DNA of 64,000 nucleotides from Octopus vulgaris (taxonomy: Eukaryota): NCBI GenBank assembly GCA_951406725.2, contig OX597825.1, positions 36,642,001 through 36,706,000 of the forward strand, in the 5' to 3' direction. Every line of letters begins with the position of its first letter. The stretch's first letter is position 1. The position numbers and the translations under genes were made by a program. This document shows positions 55,708-64,000 of the stretch, piece by piece. The notes under the pieces are model-generated. The model had not been told where the DNA came from and ran no database searches. It saw nothing but the letters and a program-made list of their open reading frames with translations.

Positions 55708-56069
55708 GTATATGTATGTAAAAAAAAAAGTAAAGACCCCTTTTACTCATGAATGACCATGAGATTGCACCTAGAAAGTTCCCCTTTGAGGCACAAGTCC
55801 AGGCAAAGTTGTTTATGGAAGACCACCAGTTGCCCATGCATACCAGTCTCACCTTTCCAAGCCACCAGTGTTATCTAAGGGTAAGGCAAAGGCTGATACA
55901 TCTTGGCATTAGTGATATCACAATTCATTTCTACAGCTGAGTGAACTGGAACAATGTGAAATATAGTGTCTTGCTCATGAACACAACACACAACCCAGTC
56001 TAGGAATCAAACTCACTACCTCATGATTGTGAGACTGACACTCTAACCATTGAGCCACATGCCTTCACT

Positions 56070-56109
56070 GTGTACATATATGTCTGTATATATACATATA
56101 CATATACAC

Positions 56110-56163
<54 letters not shown>

Positions 56164-56515
56164 ATATACATGTATACATATATATATACATACATATATA
56201 TATACATACATATATATATACATACATATATATATACATATATATATACATACATGTATACATATATATATATACATACATGTATACATATATATATACA
56301 TACATGTATACATATATATATACATACATGTATACATATATATATACATACATGTATACATATATATATATACATACATGTATACATATATATATACATA
56401 CATGTATACATATATATATATACATACATGTATACATATATATATATATACATACATGTATACATATATATATATACATACATGTATACATATATATATA
56501 TACATACATGTATAC

Positions 56516-56546
<31 letters not shown>

Positions 56547-56670
56547 TGTATGTACATGTATATACATGCATATATATACATACATGTATGTACATGTGCA
56601 TATATACATGTATATGTAAGTATATATGTATATGTATACATATATAATATGTATACATATGCATGTATAT
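56070..56670. repeat. Compound (TA)n/TACA minisatellite
   Basis: Repeating CATACATGTATACA+(TA)n units; explains the long Y/I/M/C/H ORFs. Confidence 0.97.
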
Positions 56671-56901
56671 ATTGCTTTACTACCCACAAGGGGCTAAACA
56701 CAGAGGGGACAAACAAGGACAGACAAAGGGATTAAGCCGATTACATCGATCCCAGTGTGTAACTGGTACTTAATTTATCGACCCCGAAAGGATGAAAGGC
56801 AAAGTGGACCTCGGCGGAATTTGAACTCAGAACGTAACGGCAGACGAAATATCGTTAAGCATTTCGCCCGGCGTGCTAACGTTTCTGCCAGCTCGCCGCC
56901 T
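56670..56901 (-). mobile_element. Well-preserved SINE family A copy
   Basis: Minus strand from AGGCGGCGAGCTGGCAGAAACGTTAGC with B box GAGTTCAAATTCC. Opposite-orientation copies at about 39400-39636 and 52435-52670. Confidence 0.92.
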
Positions 56902-57341
56902 TATATGTATACATATGCATGTATATGTATACATACATACACATGTATATGCATATGCAAACCTACACGTATATCTATATGAGAGAAAGAGAAAGAATAT
57001 GGAATTCACAAGATTCTTTATTAATCACAATGGTCATTTCGATCCATCATGCAATAGTCCCTCATGGGTGAGATGCTGTACAAACAGTTGTAGTGCATCA
57101 TTCGGTGCAGATGTGTCTCATCAGGTGACATGTCAAAGGTACCTCATTCTTCAATCTTTGTTTCATTTATTTCGATTACAATACCCTTTAGTATTTGCTT
57201 ACAAGAGAAAACATTCTAGCTCATGTTTTCTCCTGTATGCAAGCAGATGCATTGTGTGACTGAACCAAAAACCTTGTGCTTGGGAAACACTCATCAGAGC
57301 AATCTAATGCAAATTCAAATATAAAAGACAATAAATCACTG

Positions 57342-57841
57342 CAGTTTTATATTTAAGAGATGAGGAATTGGGTACGTTATTTACATTTGATAGATATTTG
57401 TCCTCATCTTGTTTGTTGTTAACACGTTTCGACTGATATACCTTCCAGCCTTCATCAAGTGTCTTGGGGAAATTTTGAACCTGGGTTCTCATTCCTAAGG
57501 TATTTTTCGATGTTGTTGTTATTTATTATTATTCAGGTCACTGCCTGGAATCGAACTTGAAATCTTGGGGTTAGTAGCCCACGCTCTTAACCACTACACC
57601 ATATGCATGAGCATATGGCGTAGTGGTTAAGAGCGCGGCTACTAACCCTAAGATTTCGAGTTCTAGTTCAGGCAGTGACCTGAATAATAATAATAACAAC
57701 AACATCGAAAAATACCTTAGGAATGAGAACCCAGGTTCAAAATTTCCCCATGACACCTGATGAAGGCTGGAGGGTGTATCAGCTGAAACATGTTAACAAC
57801 AAACAAGATGAGAACAAATATCTATCAAATGTAAATAATGT
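57342..57841. mobile_element. Palindromic tRNA-head/hammerhead element, copy 2
   Basis: Centre CCATATGC-ATGA-GCATATGG; consensus A box TGGCGTAGTGG at 57616-57626; CTGATGA at 57757-57763 and GAAAC at 57785-57789; 12-bp TSD AATAAATCACTG (57330-57341, 57842-57853). Confidence 0.92.
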
Positions 57842-60800
57842 AATAAATCACTGGACCATTTTTATGTTCTTTGCAGGCGTGACTGTGTGGTAAGAAACTT
57901 GCTTCTCAACCTCAGGGTTCCAGGTTCAGTCTCAGCAAGTGTCTCCTACTATAGCCTCAGGTTGACCAAAGCCTTGTGAGTGGATTTGGTAGTTGGATAC
58001 TGAAAGGAGCCTGTAATATGTGTATGTGTGTATCTTTATACCCCCGCCATCACTAGACAACAGATGGTGGTGTGTTTATGTCCCCAGAACTTAGTGGTTT
58101 GACAAAAGAGGCTGATAGAATAAGTACTAGGCTTACATAGAATAAGTCCTGGGGTTGATTTCTTCAACTAAAACCCTTAAAGGCAGTGCTTCAGCATGGC
58201 TGCAGTCAAATGAATGAGAAAGATAAAAGAATAAAATTTCTTGAACATTGATGCAGTATGATCCTACTTTTTTCACAACATCATTTTAAGGATATCAACC
58301 ATAGTGTGTTATAACAAGGATGTATTGTATCAGCTATCATTCTTTAGCTCCAAGTTAAACTGTGATCCAGCAGATCAATTATGAAAGATGTGATAGCTGT
58401 AATCATCCTGTATCTTTTTTTTTTTTTGCATACAATGTTCAATATGTCCTTGTAGTGAGTAATTTGATTGCTAGCATGAGTAGGTTGACTGGCCCAAGTA
58501 TAAATTCTCTTGTTTGCAACCAGTGTTTTAATTATTGAAAAAGCTTAAACATTAAAATCTGGTTTGGCTGAAAATTCTCCGCTGGGAAAGGGTAGGAGAA
58601 TGTGATATGCTGTCAGTTATGTCACAGCTGTAAATAATAAATTACCCTGCTCAAACAGGTCAAAGGTATTCTCTATGAAGCATAACAAAAAGTGGCAAAT
58701 GCTGGTAGTGGTGGTAGTGCAGGTGGTATGAAGCTAGCTGTTACAAACTGAACCACCATTGGTTCTAACTTTGCTTGAGATCATCAACAGAGGATGTGTG
58801 TGTGTATGTGTAAATGGGAAGGTGAGAGAGAGAGATAGAGAGAGAGAGTGTAAAGAGAAGAAAGAATGGAGAGTAATTATGTATGCATGTACATAGGCCT
58901 GCATAAAGAAAGCAATAGAAGATTTGAGAAAAAGCTAACAATAGAAAAAGAAAAGGAAAGCATTATACATAGAGATTATGTGAGAACAGAGCAGGGAGGG
59001 AAGAGAGAACGTGCTAGTGATAAAATGAAAGTAGAGTCGTAAATATTGTGAGTAAGTTTGTCATATGAGAGAGTGCAAGAGAGAAGGGCATACAAGTAGA
59101 CAAGGTGAACACTGTGCCTCCACATAGGTACCTAATAAATGACAGAATCCAACCTAATGCAACATCAGTAAGGAGAAAGTGTGACTGATTCATTTGCCAT
59201 TCTAGGGAGACCAGTAAACACAAGAATTTCTTGGACAATGATGATAGATTGACAAACAGAATATTTAGCGCAAACAAACAGGCGCCAGGGAAAACATGGA
59301 ACAGAATGCAGTTTATTATTTTCATAAACTATTTCTCCCGAAAGACAATAGAAATAATGAGAAAAAAAAAAGATAGCAATTATGGTGATGGCAGTGGTGG
59401 TGATGTCATTTATTTATTTAAGTAATAAATAATGGAAATATAAAATATTAATACGAGTATCTCACATGAAAATGTCTAGATTTGATTCTGCAGAACAACG
59501 GGTTGGAAATATGAATCCCCATCTGCATTTGGAGCCATATACATGCATCACATTCAGACACAGCAGAATACGCAGCACATGCATAATACATAGATGTTGA
59601 CAAACACAATGCATCTGACACATGCACACACACACAACGAAATCTGTTGATAAGTTGGTGAGAGCAGAGAGTTGGAAAAAAAAAGAGGAAAACCTATGCA
59701 TTGATACAGGAAGATATGCATAAGCAAGTTTGCACATGCGTGCACAGATGCATACGCACATACTGAAACACCTATGTAGTTTACTAACTGAATTAAAAAT
59801 ATGAGAGAATGATGCACATTTATGAATGCACATATTCAAATGAATTTTTTTAGATATGTGTCTGTCCACCTGTGCATATGCATATCTATATGTGAATATG
59901 CTCACATATACAACTGTATATACATGCACACATGCATTATATAACAATATATATACATATAAATATATATATATATATACATATAAATATATATATATAT
60001 ATACATATAAATATATATATATGTACATACATATCGGTGTGTGTGTATGCATGCACACACACAAATCAATGCAAATTGATTATTATCATCATTATTGATT
60101 TGTCTCTTGTTGTTTCAGCTGTTGTTGTCGGTGGTGCTGTTGTTGTTTCTGTTGTTGCAGCTATCAATAATTAGATTTTCATTACGTAAAGTTACAAGCA
60201 GATAACATTACAAGTATATTATTGTGTGAAGTTTGAATCAGACAATGTATATAGATTGGATCTGTTCAGATTCTCCTCTTATAACCTTCAAGTTTCCATC
60301 CACGCCTCAGCCATCCACATTGTCGTTATTATTAATACCACAGGTTCCATTGTCATATCTATTGTTAACATGGAATCAGCTGAGATTGGAGAAAAAAAAA
60401 AAATTAAAGTATGTGTAGTTTGTATTGGAGAGGGGTGGTGAGGAGGAGGGGGAACAGGAATTTATAAATTTATAGCAGAACATTTCTTGAAAACTTCTAG
60501 AAATCCACTGACGTCCTCTAACCTTACCAACAAGAGCTGTTCTCCCCCTCCACCGCCACACACACACATTACACTGACACATCGAACTACTTCAATAGCA
60601 TAAGAGACTATGGTTGATCAAAATGCTAGTAAGAGCTTTGTTTCACATCTCATATGAAGTGTATATGCATCTGCAAAAAGTAGTTATATATATATAATCA
60701 TTCATGTCTACTTTTCCGTGTTTGTATGGGATGGATATAATATACATACATACATACATATAAATGTGTGTGTGTCTATACATATGTGCATAATATATAT

Positions 60801-61270
60801 ATATATACATATATATATATGCATTTATGCATGTATGTATGTGTATATATATTTTTCTTTTATTCTTTTGGCCTTGAAGGGTTTTAGATGAACAAAATCG
60901 ATCCCAGGACTTATTTTTTTTAAAGCCTAATACTTATTTTATCAGTTCCTTTAGCTGAACTGCTAAGTTAGTGACACAAACACACCAAATGTCAGGTGGT
61001 GATGGAGAGACAGACACAGACACACAGATGCACACACGCACACACACGACGGACTTCTTTCAGTTTCTGTCTACCAAATCCACTTACAAAGCTTCATATA
61101 TCACCATCATTGTTTTAATGACCACATTTCCATGCTTGCATGGGTTAGAGGGAATTTGTTGGGGCAGATTTTCTATCATCAGGTGCACTTCCTGTTGCCA
61201 ACCCACACTTGTGTCCAAGTAAAGTTAATATTTCCCCAGGATCTTGGAAATCAATGACACTGCTGGAATG

Positions 61271-61460
61271 CATGTGTCAAGTTCCAGAGTGATCTTGAGG
61301 CTGTGGCAGAAGCTGAGGGTAGTTACTTTGAGTAAACTGTTATCTCCCTACCACAATCTAGTTGATATTTATTGGCTTAAAAAAGAAAAAATACTTATTT
61401 TTGAATGGGATATCGTGTCTTGCCTTTATACAAACTGTCAAATTTAGCCCAAAACACCTC
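61271..61460 (+). mobile_element. Second copy of the Tc1/mariner 3' end seen at window start
   Basis: Shares TTTGAGTAAACTGTTATCTCC...AATCTAGTTGATATTT with 175-217; encodes ACVKFQSDLEAVAEAEGSYFE*. Confidence 0.7.
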
Positions 61461-63876
61461 ACAGAATTCAAAACTATGTGGTTATGAAGTGAACCATTCA
61501 TACATACATTTAGTCTTTGGACTATTGCCATGTTGGAGGAGCACTGCCTTGAAGTGTTTAGCTAAACAAATCGACCCCAGTACTCATTTTAAAACCTGGT
61601 ACTTTATTGGTCTCTTTTGTTGAACCACTAAGTTATCGGGACATAAACAAACCAACATTAATCATCAAGCAGTACTGAGAGACAAACACAAATATACATG
61701 ATATACTTCTACCGAATCTATACACAAGGCTTTGGACAGCCTAAGACTACAGTAGAAGGCATCTTCCCAAGTTGTTGCACAATGAACCTGAACCTAAGAC
61801 CACAAGGTTGAAGAAAAACAACATCTTAGAACAAGGTTCTGTGTGATAGTTGTTCTGCACTGAGTTACACTAAATCGCTCGTTATCAAAAGTGTAGTGAA
61901 CCAGTGGTTAATCCATTAGAAACCTGGAATCAATAATGTTAGTGTTCACTAATCACACTGTAACATAAAGAAAGCAAAAAAAGGTTCCAAATTTTAAACA
62001 AGCAACTCAGTGACTACTTTTGGACGATAGGTCGTTTAGCTCCAAGTAAGCCCAGATAGCTATTATCGAATGCGGATACACTATGATCAACCTGCCTCCT
62101 TTTCAACCAGACATACTGGATCTCTGATTATATTATCCAATGTATGGTTACTTTTTAAGAGATTTCCCATTGATTTGAAAAGAAAAAATTTGGTTACTAT
62201 TTCTAGCAAACCAAGTGGCCATATGGAGGCTCCTGTGATGGCTTATTTTAACAACTGAACAGTGAAAGAGCTATTTATTAATTAACAACAAAAGGAGCAA
62301 ACATCATAATCGCAACTTGGTAATATAAAGAAATCAATCTTCAAAGTCAACAAGGAAGCTGTTTATGTATTCACTCAGCCTAATAAAAAATCAGAAAATA
62401 CCGCTAAGTCTCTCTCATATCATACATAACCTATCATCATAAGAAAGAACAATTTGGACAATCTAGTCCTTGATACATCTGGCCTTGAGCTTAACAACAA
62501 CAACAACAATCAAATTCCTCATAAGCCACACCCCAACTGTCTTAGAAATTGGATGACTCCTTAGAAAATATCATCTTAGATATACTTTGTTTAACCTTTT
62601 AGAATTTAAACTGGCTATATCAAGCCAAAAATACTCTACCTATTATATGTCCAAACTGGCTAAACCCAGGCTATCTCACCTTACCTATTGTAAAAATAAA
62701 TAATCACATCATTGAAGCTACAAGATAATGCATGATTAACTGAAAACAATGTGAACAGATAAGCCTTAGATTTAACAGAGTAATCCGAATGCTAAAGAGT
62801 TAAAATATGGGATGGCTATTGCTGAAACACCTCTGATTACAAATGTGATTTATAAGAGATTTGGTTGCTATTTTTAGCAGGTTGGGCAGTAAATGAAATG
62901 GGGTTGATCTCTATACCAAGAATTTGTCATGATGCTGAAGGAAGAAATCAATAGCAATGTTCCAAAATATAACGATTGATAAAAAAAGAGATAGAAGTGG
63001 GAAAGGGTGGGAAGACAGGTGAAAAACAGGAATTTTCACAAGAGACACACAAGCGATGCAAAAATTTTCAAGAGGGTTGAGTGGAAAAGAAATGGATAAA
63101 AATTGAACCAAAGATAGACAGGGAAAAAACACAATACCAGGTTAACACAATTTTTCTAAGTGTTCAATGCAATCAAGAAAAAAGGCAACATTTCCCAGGT
63201 AGTTTTTAATGTGATTTGATGAAACTAAGGAACAGCTGTCGTAACTAGACTGATATATTCCAACACCACTCTTACTGATAGCTAGGTGTACCTATGCACT
63301 TATTTGTTTCTCAATCTATCTGTCTACCTACCTTCTTACATACATATTTATTTCTAGAACTACATACATACATGCATACATATCTCTAGATTATGAATAT
63401 CAATCTATAATAAACACACGTTTATATATACATCTCTATCTTATCTACCTATCTTCTTATCCATTTATTGATATATCCCTTTATCTATCACACACACACA
63501 CACACACACACATATGTATGTGTGTGTATTGTATGTGTTTGTGTATATATATATATATGTATATATTTTTTTTTTTCTTCTTTCCTGAGCGTCCAATAAT
63601 ACTATAATTGTTCCACGTCCTCACGTTGTTGTGTTTTTTTGTGCTTTCTTGTTTGGATTAACTTTATATATATATTTATCTGTATATATGTATATCTGTA
63701 TATATCTTCTTTTACTTGTTTTAGTTCTTAGACTGCCATTGTGCTGGGGCACTGCTTTGAAGAATCTTTAGTTGAATGACTCAACCCCAGTACTTATTTT
63801 TTGTTAAGCAAAGTATTTATTATTGGTCTCTTTTGCCAAACTGCTACATTACAGTTATGTAAGCTCACCAACACAT

Positions 63877-64000
63877 GCAATAGGGGCCAGTGTAAGAACC
63901 ACCACGAAGAACCACATAGTAAAGTTTAACAAGAAACTAAGCATGCAAGTTCAAGGTGCAGCCATTGGTGTCGGTGTAGCTGGAGATGTGGCCAACCTCT
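63877..64000 (+). mobile_element. Penelope-like reverse transcriptase fragment running off the window end
   Basis: Open frame AIGASVRTTTKNHIVKFNKKLSMQVQGAAIGVGVAGDVANL matches the PLE RT motif N...F....Y.Q..G..MG......ANL. Confidence 0.7.

Noticed and set aside
56021-56735. Longest ORFs in the track (up to 231 aa); similar ones at 14.4, 23.2, 28.0, 44.1 and 59.5-60.1 kb
   Set aside because: (TA)/(CA)/(TG) low-complexity DNA that lacks stops; no protein features.
57611-57682. tRNA-like sequence with loop CTACTAA, and other tRNA-like heads at 29461, 11872 and about 56060
   Set aside because: No proper acceptor stem, and each is embedded in a repeated element; treated as SINE heads, not tRNA genes.
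59014-59325. Hydrophobic ORF considered as the missing FAM174 transmembrane exon
   Set aside because: Lacks the expected R..YV....YF..R pattern and a convincing donor site.

Overview
AT-rich, repeat-dense eukaryotic genomic DNA. The tRNA-derived SINE families, (TA)/(TG)/(AAT) microsatellites and long introns look like a coleoid cephalopod, most likely Octopus (inference from pattern recall). Only one host exon is confidently recognisable: the C-terminal coding exon of a FAM174/DUF1180-family membrane protein (minus strand, 38341-38482), with a probable intron just after the stop and a candidate 3'-UTR exon at about 22370-25425. The rest is mostly mobile DNA: several tRNA-headed SINE families, RTE-clade LINE remnants (one 5'-inverted), a DD37D (maT) Tc1/mariner relic, Helitron remnants, piggyBac-like and mariner-like MITEs, and Penelope-like (PLE) GIY-YIG and RT fragments. 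The most unusual signal is a TSD-flanked, 500-700 bp palindromic element with two full copies (2061-2757, 57342-57841) and one single arm (20764-20915). It consists of two back-to-back tRNA-like Pol III heads, each followed by a microsatellite and a minimal hammerhead-ribozyme motif of the PLE type. A separate, apparently intact type I hammerhead lies at 55338-55393 (-). Almost all ORFs in the supplied track are microsatellite or repeat artefacts. Coordinates were read by eye and ends of degenerate repeats are approximate.
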